A stretch of DNA of 64,000 nucleotides from Chara braunii (taxonomy: Eukaryota > Plantae > Charophyceae): contig BFEA01000022.1 in the NCBI GenBank assembly GCA_003427395.1, forward strand, positions 193,486 through 257,485, read 5' to 3'. The notes beneath the pieces were generated by a model. It was not told where the DNA came from. It was given only the letters and a program-made list of their open reading frames with translations, and searched no databases. Positions 51,931 to 64,000 of the stretch are shown in pieces. The translations under genes were made by a program, and so were the position numbers. How positions within the stretch are numbered: position 1 is the first letter of the stretch; each line of letters opens with the position of its first letter.

Positions 51931-54900
51931 TGTCGGAGGGCACGGTGTCCCGGCCCTCCGCTGCTTGCCAGGCACCCACTCACTTACTGCTGTGAGCCTA
52001 GTGCCAGATTGCAGGGTCGTGCGAAACTGACAGGCCCTGATACTGAGTTTTCCAGCGGAACCGCGCAGGTTCAGTGTTCGATTACGGTAAAGCGCTACGG
52101 GTCTGTGGCCTGGGTAGTCACTGGACACGACCACACGAAGGTAGGGGCTGCGGTCTTTTTCGCTGCATAACCGGACGGACATTCGTTCACACACCGCTGT
52201 GCACGAGGGTTTGCCCTCATACCTTCGTTGCAAACCTGGTACCAGTTCGCGGGGTCATGCTGAATCAGCAGGGCCGGTTTCGGGTTTTAGTGGTACGGTG
52301 CGGGTTCGGTGCTCTACCTTGCTACAGGCCAGCCCGCAGCTCAGATGATCGTCGGGTCCCAATGGTTGTGATCTGGACCAGAGGCAAGGGTGTGATAGCG
52401 GTAGTCCGCGCATTTTTCTCAACCGCGTGCTGGACCCCTATAGCTGGGTTATGGGGTAGGTGCAGTGGCGACGGTCACCGTTAGGAGGAAAATGCAAAAG
52501 GAAAAGAAAAGGGAAAAAGTTGAGCGTCGAGCTTTGGATCGTTGTCCTGGCATTTTGGTGTCTGATGGTTTAGCGAGGTCGCAGCGCAAGAGAACTTCGA
52601 AACGCCATTTTCCCTTTTTTACTATTATTATTGTTACTATTAATATCGCTAGGCTTTCTTCGAGTCTTTTCGGCCCACTATTTCGTGGGAAGGCCAACGG
52701 CTCGAATAATGAGTGCAGTGGTGGTCTGCGGCCAGACGGCCCGACCTTTCGCGTATACCGCCTGTGGATGGTCTGTCCGGCTGGGCGCCGCGCAGTGGGA
52801 TCCCAAAAGAGGGGCAACCCGCGGCCGCATTGGTAGGAGGCTTATCACTCTCCGCGGAGAATCATAAGCCCCCTCCTTGCCATCGGACACGAGTACCCGT
52901 CAGGGAATAGGCCAGCAGGCACGTTTTGAGGGAAGGGAATCGCTCATCAGTTTTCCATTATGGGACGCCGCACCAAACCTGGATCACTTCACCACCAAAG
53001 CGACCGTTGGGGTTCGGCCCTTGCTTTCTTTCTTCGTTCTACTCGTCGCGCGGAAATTTGAAAAGTAAATGTTTCTCCTTTTCCTGTTTGTTTTATCCTA
53101 TTTTATTGGCTTATGAATTACAAATTATTAAAACGCAGAACGCTGAGAGTCACTTGAATCCCTCGTTTAGAGCGCTAGGATCGGGGTGGGCGGCGATCTT
53201 ATACAAGAGAGAGAGACGAGCTTCCGACAACCAGGGTATGAGCAGTCTTGCCGTGCCGGTTGTGGGCAGGCTAGTGGGAGGACCATGCTGCAGTGTGGGC
53301 GTAAGGCAGTCCTGTCTGCGCGTGAGTGCATAAACTGTTAAGGCCTGACTATTCTGAGTGTGGGTAGCCTGGTATCCGCTGTCACTTCGGGAGGGCTCGC
53401 TATGGTGCAGAGCAACGGACTATACGGCTATAGGCCGAGATGCATCTAGTCTCTCTTCAGGTGGGAGCGGATGTCGGGAGATGGGCCTACAGTGACGACT
53501 ATACTAGACTATAGCTATAGCAGACAGGAGGCAAAGCTAAAGATAAGCGTAGAAGGCGGGAGAGAAGAAGAGATGAGAGCGGACCCAGGCCTGCAGAGGG
53601 CGATTACTGAGGCTAGGGACCGCGCAGAAAGAAGGTGCATGCGGGATGGGGTCACAGGCGAGATAAGAGTGACTGCCGCATACCTGGACGGGGGAACCTC
53701 CACTGACATGGTGGAACGGGAACAGCAACACTTGGACCGTGATGCAGAGGCAGAAAGTGAGTCAAGTGATCGAGAGGCCATGACACAGTCCTGGCACGGA
53801 CTGGACCAGGTCCGCAGGAACCACCCTCAGGCGAGGCCAGTTGAGGACGGCACAAAGGCCAGCTCATGGTGACGGGAGGATCAGGCCCGCTAGACGGAGG
53901 TCAATGGGGAAAAGAAACGGTTACGAGAGGAGTGGTGCAAGGGGGGGTTGGCTAATTCAGAGCCGCGGACGCGCTGCTCGTTGACGTCACCTCTAAGAAA
54001 GAGCGGTCGAGGGGGGGGGAAGTGCGTGTTCAAGAAGAGAAGAGTTGTGGGGACAGAGAACTACTGTGGGTATTTACTTAACCTGGCTGGGGCGGCTAGA
54101 TCTCCTCTCTCACGGTGTCTGAGTAGCTGCCTTCGGGGTTCGTGGCGTGCATGGCTCAGGCCACGCTGAAGCTGGTGCACGACGGAGGTCGAACTCCTGT
54201 GAGGTGTCTGTGGGTGAATAACTGTTGATGCCACTGGCTATGGCTGTTTCCTTCCCCTATTACGCTCAGCCTCCTCGTGGTCAACAGATGAAGATCGGTA
54301 CCATGTCCGATAGTGTATTTTCCTTTCCTTTTTTTTTTTTTTTTTGTCAGTATGTGATGACAGGAGAGAGCTCTAGTGAGACGTATAAGGGAAACAATTT
54401 TTTTTTTTGTTTTGTTTTGTCAGTATGTGATGACAGGAGAGAGCTCTAGTGAGACGTATAAGGGAAACGAACACTAGGAAGAGCTAGTTGTGAGAAGGAG
54501 GGAGGCTTTAGGGGGTGTAACAAAAGTTCACTCGTTGCTGCTGACACTTACCTTTACCCGTGGTGATGATACCGGGGGGGGGGGGGGCGCTGAGCACCTA
54601 TGACATGCTCCGTTGAGTAAAGAGGTCTCGTACGTACGCCAGTCAAGAGTTGGCGAGTAGAAGTCAGACTAGATGAGGCGGGTTATTTTAAGGGGGGAAT
54701 CCTGTAAGACGCGAGAGACTGGTCGACATAGAAAGCATTCTAGTAGACTCTAACATGCTCTGAAGTTGGATCGCCTCACCTGTGTAATGGCCATCTGAGT
54801 GTGTTTGCTGGAGATACATCGCTTGCTGGCCATCAAGAGATGCGTGATGGTTGGAGAGAGGCCAGAGCTACGATTGAGAGATGAAGGAAACTGGTAATTG

Positions 54901-57900
54901 GAGATGTGTGTTGACGATGAGCGGCACGCCCCTGTGGCAAGAATAGTAACTAGAGACGATCTGTAAAATTGGGCAAGCAACATTGACAAGCACTGGCAAT
55001 CGTCACGATCAGTAGCTCACTCAGCTACAATTATAGTGATGGGGGTACCGTTTATGAGAAGCTCAAAAAAAAAAGGGACTCATCTGTTGTAGGTCGGGAC
55101 GTTCAGACAGCCAAAGTACTCTCTTTCTCTTGCTAGCAAGTTGGGGTAGATGGCAACTATTCCAAGCGCATCCAATCTTTACCAACTCCTGAGTATTGTA
55201 TTGTTAGACTAAGCAATAACTCTCCCCTTACAGGCTAGCATTGAACTTTGCAGTCAGATTAACGAAACGTAGCTGGCAGTCGCCGTGAGTGACAGTCTGG
55301 CAGTGACGCTCACTAGGATCAAAAGTACTACCTGGCTAGCGGGGTCTGTCTCATGGATGTGGATCGTGAAGGCAAGAGACTTTCCAAGAACGAGCAGTTA
55401 AGGCGACTGTGCGGATAAGGTTACTAAAATTCTCTCGAATTTCATTCCCTGTTTCTCATGTCAGTACAGAAGTAGCTTGAGCGATTTGGACTTCCCAAGC
55501 CTCTCGCCCAGGCGGTGTCTGTCGCCTTTGGGAAACGAGTCAACCGGCATGTAGTGGGGAAAGAGAGGTTGAAGCCCCTATGCACTATTAGTAGGACAAG
55601 AAAAGTTTCGTGCTGCGCAAGATTGCATGTTTGCGGGTTAGACTCATGCTAAACGATGACTAAAGAAAAGAGAGAAAGGGATAAGGATAAGAGACGACTT
55701 GATTATGATCGACTCTTCAATTTCTCTCTCGCTTTCTTTTTTTTTGTTGTTGTTCCACTCGAATGCGGCGAAAGTGAGCAATGGAGACGTGACGATAATG
55801 TGGTTTAAAATCACGGCTAACGGAGCAAGTACTGAGAATGATGACTGGGCCTGTGCTCAAGCCTCTGAGTAGGTGCTCGACATGCATGTAATAACTGAAT
55901 AAAAGACCCTATTCTGAGGTGTTTTGTCTGCAACTTGGCAAAGTTCGATCGGCGAACAAACGCTTGATAATAGATTCCAAAACGATTGCCTTATGCGGCA
56001 CGTGAATGAGTTAACCAGAACCCGTATCTTCATGTATTTTGTTGTGATGCGAGACTGAGTTTATTTAACAGTTTCCTATGTGGATAGACTCTCATGATTA
56101 CTGAATCTCATCCGATGGTACCCATGTTACCAGTTCGTGGGAAGCCAACGAATCAGCACTCCGATTAAGTTTGGCGAGCTTGATGATGAGCGTCAAACCC
56201 GTACGCTTGTCTGCCAAAGCTCTAGACTGCTAATCAAAGGACTGTGCAAAGTGGATATCTCTTCCTGGGTGAGGGGAGAGCGTCATGTGGGGAAGAAGGG
56301 GAAACACTTAGAGGTTTCCAACCCACCTCTTAACTCATTGGCATTCCCTTTAATTGATAACTATTCCTCTCTTCGAGTTTGTTTCTTAATCAACGGCGAC
56401 TGGTTTAACAGTGATAATAATGAAAGAGCTATCTTGACATGATTAAACGAGTGTTGCATTTGCCTCTAGTCAGGGCAAGTAAGGGTGTCTATTTTGGCTA
56501 TTTGATGAGAGGGTTTAGTGGATGAAACTCGCTGCGCTGTGCTATATCCCGTTGATGGGGAAAAGGAAGACGATGAGAAGAGTTGCTTACCTCTTGGCAA
56601 AGTTCTTGCTAGACGACGACTAAAGGACCTTGTTCTGCCTGGCGTACGAACGAGCGTGTGTTAACCTTTCCCGTATTCCGTGGCGGTGAATAAACAGGTG
56701 ATGTTGAACAAAGGAAATTTTGTGCTACGCATGGGATTAGAGGAAAGAAAAATAAAAGGGAGGAACGCTTGATTGGACCTGGATGTCATAAACGAATCAG
56801 TAATCTGACCGAGCTGCGCTCGTGTGCCACTATTATCGACACCATGTTGTGTTGAGTACGGACGAGAAACGAGTAGTATGCATGGGGTCTCGACTAGTGT
56901 TAATCGTAAACTGCATTCTACACTTGGATGTTTCAATGAATACTTGATCCTGAGTGAGAACACTCATGCTCACGGCTGTGACGTCAAGTACAGAGTGACC
57001 TTGCAAGTAGACCCAATTGGTAGAACTCGATTAAATCTAACGCCCTAATCTCCCTTGATGAGAGTGGTCAGGGGCATGATATGTGGAATATGAACCAGCC
57101 ATGCATCTAGGGTGATTTGAGCTGCGGGTGAGCTGCCTGAGATGAAAAGCACTGTGCGATTCCGTTACGCTTGAGAAGTCTCGGTACCTGCCTTATCTGG
57201 GTTCTCAGAGCACTCTTCTATAGCCGTGAATGTTTTGGTTCTGATGGTATGGTACTCGATGTTGCACGTACGATTACCTCTTTGGAACGTGGACTACCCC
57301 CGGTCAACTCTAGCCACACGCCATCCAATCAGGAAAGCCAATCTCGAGTAAACTATTGCCTGCCGTAGAAGGGCAAAAACTATCTGAATTATTTGAGACA
57401 AGCGGTTCTTGAAGAGCAAGGCATAAGTCTACTGAAGGGTCGGCACAAAGCAAACTGCAGTGTGAGATAATTACCGTGCGTCCCTTCTGATGCCCCAATT
57501 GCGAACGATTACTAGAGACCACAGATTGCAGAGTGACTGATCCCAGGGGTCACGGGCATCTCAATTCAAAGGACAGACTAACGGAGAACGGAAGGGTAGA
57601 AGTAGGCAGAGTGAGAGAAATTTTTGCGATTAACGTACACGATAGGACGAGAAGGAGGGTAAGTAAACGGGAGCATCCATGCGGTTTATTCAAATAAAAT
57701 TTAACTGTCAGAAATCAGGCACCTTCTCAGAAACTGCGGTATTGAGTCGTCCTCTATTGCTGAATTGAACTGGTAGCTGGCCGTTACTCAGTAGTTACCC
57801 AACTGAGCCTGAGGGCCGCTTACAGTTGGAGATTCAGCAGTGAGAACGACTGCTTAAAACGTCCGGCACCAGACTGTCTTTGCAGACCGAACGCCAGCAG

Positions 57901-59785
57901 AGTTCGGACGTTGAGTGCAGCTTGCATCTTTCTGGTATCGAACTTGGCAAAGTTGTCTCCAGCCTATCTCACTGCTTGGGTCCGGCAAAGCAATAGAAAC
58001 ATGAGGGAAGTCGAAATCTTAGTAGTGAAATGCAATTTCGTCATGGACAAGAAGCGAGGATGAGAGGAAGAGGCTTGCCTAGACATGGAGATTCATAGGC
58101 AGACCCAGAGAGAACGTGCGGTCCGAAAAGTCCGAGGGGAGAAATACATTGAACACGTACTCTATTTCTACGATCGTGACAGTAGATTACACAACACAGG
58201 TTCGAATCTAGAAACAGTGGAGCAGGCCAGGGCGAGGCTCGGATAAACGAAGGAGATACCGAAGCTTTCCTCTTGTAGTTTCCACCAGCTCCCCAGCTAA
58301 TGAAAACTTTTCAGCAATCTACTTTTCTCTCAATAGTCTGCAGTCTGATATTGAGTGCTTCATATTTGGTGATCCGATGAACGAGCAATCAACAATCTAT
58401 CGACAATCCATCAGCAATCCATCAGTATCCAATCAGTGTTCAAACCGCACTCAAGCAACAATCAGTCAGTGTCCAATCAATAGTTAATCAACACTCGGAG
58501 CTACTTGGAGCCCCCAATTAGAGCCAGTCAATGCTCAGTTGTATCACAAAACGGGGGTTTGAATCAAGATCAGTTACTCTTATCTGCATTCGTTATCAGA
58601 TTTAGCCAGGCATTACTCTTGTCAGAAAACACAGACCAATCAACACACCTACTTCAGTCCATGAGTACAGCACAGTCGTCATCAGTTTCGGAGACTGTCC
58701 TTGCCCGTCTCAACAAGATTGCTTTAAGAGATGCTTTCCATTACCCGTATGTCAGTGCGGTGGGTTTCAAACGGGAGGATCTGTCAATCTTTTATTGCCT
58801 TTGCAGAAGGAACCATTCATGACTTGAGACCTTGTGTGAAGAGAGGCAAAGAGAACCATGGGCACTTCGACTCAGTCTGGATTTCGGCAACCAGCTATCT
58901 TGGGCAAAGAGAACGTGAGCTTGATGAGAGTGGTGCTAAGCTGATTTGCAATTTTAGGCCCAAGCTCTACGTTGATTATCCCAAGCCACCAGTCCCCTTT
59001 CTACTCACTAATGGGTCTTGCTGGGGCGACTTGGTAGATCTGGCAAAGAGGTACATTTCACCTGCAGCAATCGACTACGAGTCAGTGACCGAGCCTTCCG
59101 AGTTCCCACATCTCAGGCGAGGGATCTTTCTCAGCCGAATCTTCCTACACCATGGGAGGAGTTTTGTGCTAGGGTTGACTTTCGTATCATGGGACTTGGT
59201 TGGAAGTGCTCAGAACTAGCAGGTTTCAGGTGGCTCAACATACAGAGGCCATAGACTCATAAAGTACGGAGACATGGTTCGAGGCTCAAGAGACGCACAA
59301 CAAAATGAGAGATCAAGTGAAAAATTTAGAGGGATGAGTGAGGACTCTTGACTGGTGCTGGCCATGCTCCCTACATGTGTACTTCCTGAGACTATTATGA
59401 GTTCTCATTCTTCCCTCACCTGACCTTGTCTTTGCTTGAGTCAGTCAGTCTTGCTTCTTTGCATTGCTTTGCTGTTGATTGCATTTCTTTAATGATACTG
59501 TTACGGTTCTCAAAATTAGTAAATTGATGCATGCAGGACACACCATAATTTTATGATTATTATTTGCATGATTTTCTGTTGTTCCGAATCAAAATAAAAG
59601 ATTCCTAAGACCGGGGACCGGCGAAGATCGCAATTGAAGGGTCTCGCTCGAAGCCGGACGCACACAACAGGAAGGGATTTGCTTTATTCAATTTATTTTA
59701 TTTATTGCAAACAACAATCAAAATCCTACGTGACAGCCTGTTGGCTTTCTGGTCGCCTGAAGAGGCTTGACTAGGAAGTGCGACA
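51931..59785 (+). mobile_element. 7855-bp non-coding insertion, probable giant solo LTR
   Basis: Termini TGTCG...CGACA and TSD ACGG (51927-51930 and 59786-59789). Removing it restores RT '[16 protein letters not shown]'. The orientation and the solo-LTR label are inferred. Confidence 0.85.
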
Positions 59786-62596
59786 ACGGTGCGCCAGTCT
59801 TATTTGTCCCTAAGAAGGGAGGTACCCTGAGTAGGTGCATTGACTATAGGGGCCTCAATGCCATCATTGTTAACAATTCAGAGCCCCTACCCCGCATCGA
59901 CGACCTACTGGATAGAGTGCAAGGATGTCGGTACTTTACTAAGATAGATCTAACGTCCAGATACCATCAAATTGCTATTAGACCTGAGGACCAGCACAAA
60001 ACCGCTTTTCAGACCAGGTACGGTCTGTACTAGTTTGTGGTGATGCCCTTTGGCCTATGCAATACCCCTGGGACATTCCAGCACACCATGAATAGGATAT
60101 TTCATGAGTACTTAGACAAGTTTATCGTCGTGTACCTCGATGGTATTCTTATCTTTAGTAGGACTGTAGAGGAGCACGCTGAGCACTTGAAAATAGTGCT
60201 AGGTCTCCTAAGAAAGCACCAGTACACGGTAAACTTGGAGAAATGCGAGTTCGGTCGCACCAAGATCTTGTACTTGGGTCATGAAATCTCCGCGGAAGGG
60301 TTGAGGCCGGATGATGCTAAGGTGGCCAACATACGTGACTAGCCCAGGCCTCAGACTGTTACTGAGGTCAGATCGTTTTTGGGGATGATGGGCTACTATC
60401 GTCCTTTTGTTAAGAACTATAGTACTATAGCTTCCCCATTAACAGATCTAACTCGACTTAACACCCCTTGGGAGTGGACTGAAAAGTGTGAGGCGGCCTA
60501 TAGGAAACTGAAGGATGCTCTGACACACTATGAGGTCCTCAAACTTCCCGATCCTGATAAACCCTTTGTCGTGACCACAGATGCCAGCCAATATCGCATA
60601 GGTGCGGTCCTTGCGCAAAAGGAGGGGTCAAAGTTGAGACCGATCGAGTATATAAGTAAGAAGATGCCATCTCAAAAGCTAGCAAAGTCCGCGTATGAGC
60701 GTGAGTTTTATGCCCTATATAGAGTGCTGGTCCATTGGAGATATTATCTCCTAGGCAGACTCTTCTATGTGCGATCTGACCATGAGACCTTGCGCTGGAT
60801 CAAGACACAACTTGTGCTCTCTGATGCACTCAAGCGATGGATACAAGTGATAAACATGTATGACTATCAACTTGATCCAATTAAGGGAGAGTACAACAAA
60901 GTGGTTGATGCACTATCTCGTCGGGCAGATTATCTGGGCGCGTTAGTTACTGAATTTGGCATATCGAACGATCTAACTCCATCATTGGTGGAAGCCTATC
61001 AGCAAGATCCAGTTATGTATGAGATCATCCGTAAATTCCAAGCGAAGGACAAGGTGACTTTGGATGAATTTACGATGGTAGACAACTCGTTGTTTCTTGA
61101 GAAGGCAAGAAATAAAAAATTGTGTGTGCCTAATAGAGAGTCTTTACGTAGTTTATTTCTAGGTGAGTGTCATGATGCAACTGGTCATTTTGGTTATAAA
61201 AAGATTTCAGCTAACCTAGTGCAGAAATTTTGGTGGCCCACTATGATGCAAGATGCGAAAAAGTACGTTGAAACCTGCCAGGTTTGCCAAAGGGACAAAC
61301 CTAGGACTCAGGCTCCGCTTGGGCTCATCAAGCCCTTGCCGATTCTTGAAGGTCCTAGTTAGAGTGTGTCCATGGACTTCATCGATACTCTTGTGACCAG
61401 CAAGTCTGGAAAAAGGCACATCTTCATGATAGTGGACCGGTTTTCTAAGTATGCAAGACTTCCAGAAACTGCTAAAACTGACTACGTCATCAAATTGTTT
61501 CGAAATAACTAGGTTAGGGATTTTGGACTACCTACGTCGATAGTAAGTGATAGGGATGTAAGGTTTGCCAGCAAACTCTGGCAGGCAACAGCTGAGCAGA
61601 TGGGTACTAAGCTGCAAATGACATCAGGGAATCACCCTGAGTCAAATGGCCCTGCTTCGAACTGTGCAAATGACGTCAGGGAATCACCTGCAAATGACGT
61701 CAGGGAATCACCCTGAGCAGAAGGGCACTAAGCTGCAAATGACGTCAAGGAATCACCCTGAGTCAAATAGCCAGGCAGAACAGATGAACCGGGTAGTACA
61801 GCACCTGCTTCGGCACTATATTAAGCCAAGTCAGGATGACTGGGACGAGAAGTTACCTCCCGTCGCCAGCCTGTACAACAATGTTGTGCACAGTACTACT
61901 GGTATGACTCCCAACCAACTGCACCTTGGTTGGAAGCCCAGAACTGCACTTGACTTTCTGCTACCAGAAAGGCAACCCACTGCAACACCTGGCAGCATAG
62001 AGTTTGTTGTCAATTATGAACATATGTTGCAGCAGGCCGTTGAACATATTAGAAAGTCTCAGGATGCTATGATCGCATATGAGAATACACGTAGACGGCC
62101 CTCTAACTTTCAGGTGGGTGATAGAGTCTGGGTAAGGTCATCTGAACTAGGTCAGGAGTTGGGGATTTCACGTAAACTGATGCCACAGTACTTTGGGCCC
62201 TGGGAGATCTTAGACATTGTAGGTGATCAACCGGATGGGCCTTCATATGTGATTCGCATTCCTGCACACTTGCGTACTTACCCTGTGTTCCATGCATCCA
62301 AGTTGGCACCTTTCGCTTCCACAGATCAGTTTCCCTCCAGGAGATCAATGCTGCCCCCAACCATGGACGGACATGTGGACATTGACGATATCATCGAGCA
62401 CAAGCTGATGCCTATGCCCAAACCTCCAGGAAGGGGACAACCGCCAAAGCCACAGATGCAATACCAAGTGCGGTTCAGACGTCACATTGATCCTCAAGAA
62501 GACCCGTGGTTCACAAGAGAGGAATTAATGAAGACTGCTCCCCAAATTATCTCAAGTTACGAGAGAAAGCTGAAAGGGAAGCAGCCTGTTACATAA
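59786..62596 (+). pseudogene. RT, RNase H, integrase and chromodomain, with in-frame stops
   Basis: 'CIDYRGLN', 'VYLDGILIFS', 'VTTDASQY', 'ECHDATGHFG...CQVCQ', 'YFGPWEIL', and chromodomain-like 'IDDIIEHK...QYQVRF...EDPWFTREEL'. Confidence 0.95.
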
Positions 62597-62616
62597 GGAT
62601 TTCTCAGAGGACTATC

Positions 62617-62635
62617 GAAGAAAAGGAGGAGGGAA
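62617..62635 (+). promoter_or_regulatory. Polypurine tract
   Basis: GAAGAAAAGGAGGAGGGAA directly precedes the 3' LTR TG. Confidence 0.88.
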
Positions 62636-63550
62636 TGCGAGGATCTAGGTCCTCGGCAGGCCTAAGGGGCCCCTGCTGCAAATGTGCCCGCCCTAAGTGA
62701 AGGCGGGCCTAACAAATCACGAGAGGCCCTAAGTTGTCAAATTCGTATTTGGGGTCTAGGCAGTTTCGTCGCGCCAGTTGGTTGAGTAAACTCAGGCCGA
62801 GCAGCAAGGAAATTCCACAGCCTTCTAGGCTTTTATGAAAGAGCACGCCCTGGGCGAGATTCGCAGCCTCATACACAGACAGTTGGGAAGCCCAACTGAA
62901 TGAGGCCCAATAGCTACACCAGAGACGCAACATCCTGGGGCCTACTGGAAGCTTCTGGGCCCAGGCCCAGACCAGTCAGGCTGCGAAGGCAGGCAGACTC
63001 TTAGGAAAGAGCTCGTTGCCTGGAGCCGCATTCACGCACTTGCATGCCTAGCGGCAGCGCTGCTGGAGCGAGCGCTAGCGGACTGCTATAGGCGCTGAGA
63101 GGCAAGGCGTGGGCACGTGCGGTCGTGTGAAGGAGGAGGGCGCTGCTGAGGGCAGCGCCATAGCCCAGCCACCGTAGCTCGCGGGCTTGGACTACAGTGA
63201 GGCGCAGGGGTGGTCTTTGGGTGTACAGAGGGAAGATGTGGGTGTAAGACGAGTGAGAGAGAGAGAGGATGATGATGATGATGATGATGTGAGGGCACAT
63301 ACCTGGTATTGGCGAAGGTCTGTTACGGGCGACTTCTTCAAGTACTTCGTTGGCTGCTGACGTCAACAGTTGCATTGTCAATTAGTAGGCTAGTAGTAGC
63401 TGGGTAGGGAGTAGGCTGGGCGCCGAGCGCCAAGTAGGGAGAAGGACCTGAATACATATGTTGGTGGTGGCGAGAGCAAGCTCTCATTGACATTGGTTTT
63501 CAGTGTTACGATTCTCCATTGGTGACATATTGGTGCAATGCTGCTTTCTG
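62636..63550 (+). repeat. 3' LTR lacking its last ~80 bp
   Basis: Matches 47035-47953, and similarity stops after ATGCTGCTTTCTG. Confidence 0.9.
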
Positions 63551-64000
63551 CAATCAGACTCACTTTCACTCACACTTCGCATGCATGTAAACAGGAACAC
63601 AGCAAACCGGCGACAAGTGCCCACTCAAGACTCAGAGATATGGTGGCTCATAATACAGTCAATACAAACTCGCTTCAATGGCTATGGTGCATCAGCGCCT
63701 GTACAGATCTTTGTTCGTCACTCACTCTACGCTGCTGTTCACACACAGGATCACCCTGGATATCCCACACGTCACACACTGTACACACACACACACACAT
63801 GTACACGCTACACTCTATCTACAACTATGGTGGCTATGGCCGCTGCTACCCTATTGCTATGGCTAACTCTCCTTCTTGCCCACTTCGTCTCCAGGCTCAC
63901 TGCAGACCACCTCGCACAAGTCGCTGTGACAGCGCTTCCGCATGGCTTACGTAGGAACGAATGAATGGCTGGGCGCTGCCCTTTGATTTATACTACTGTA

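Larger units (their letters stand above)
47035..63550 (+). mobile_element. Ty3/gypsy chromovirus, decayed, with a 7.9-kb nested insert and a truncated 3' LTR
   Basis: LTR-PBS-gag-PR-RT-RH-INT-chromodomain-PPT-LTR are all identifiable. Confidence 0.93.

Noticed and set aside
24190-63550. Currently active autonomous retrotransposons
   Set aside because: All gag/pol regions carry stops, frameshifts, deletions or catalytic changes (for example YLDG in place of YLDD).

Overview
This is eukaryotic, repeat-dominated DNA. The style resembles the charophyte alga Chara, but that is my inference and is not verified. About 85% of the window is nested, decayed transposons. (1) Two near-complete Ty3/gypsy chromoviruses: 24190-34714 on minus, and 47035-63550 on plus with a truncated 3' LTR. 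Fragments of related elements lie at 2466-4866, 4870-7060 and 21882-24130. (2) A non-chromovirus Athila/Tat-like Ty3/gypsy element on minus (7070-21881) with a tRNA-Asp PBS and what looks like a ~7.4 kb 5' LTR. (3) A 7855-bp non-coding TG...CA insert with a 4-bp TSD that splits an RT gene, probably a giant solo LTR. (4) A Penelope-like element with an N-terminal GIY-YIG endonuclease, interrupted by a 1.2-kb non-autonomous hAT-type element with an 8-bp TSD. The only clear host gene is the last two exons (C2 domain) of a phosphoinositide phospholipase C on minus. The most unusual signal is at 17158-17919, inside the putative giant LTR. It is an array of nine hairpins with a nearly invariant ~20-nt core, stems that differ between copies but stay self-complementary, and unrelated AT-rich spacers. 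It looks like a selected structured-RNA array rather than an ordinary tandem repeat. Coordinates were read by eye, and boundaries of decayed elements are approximate.
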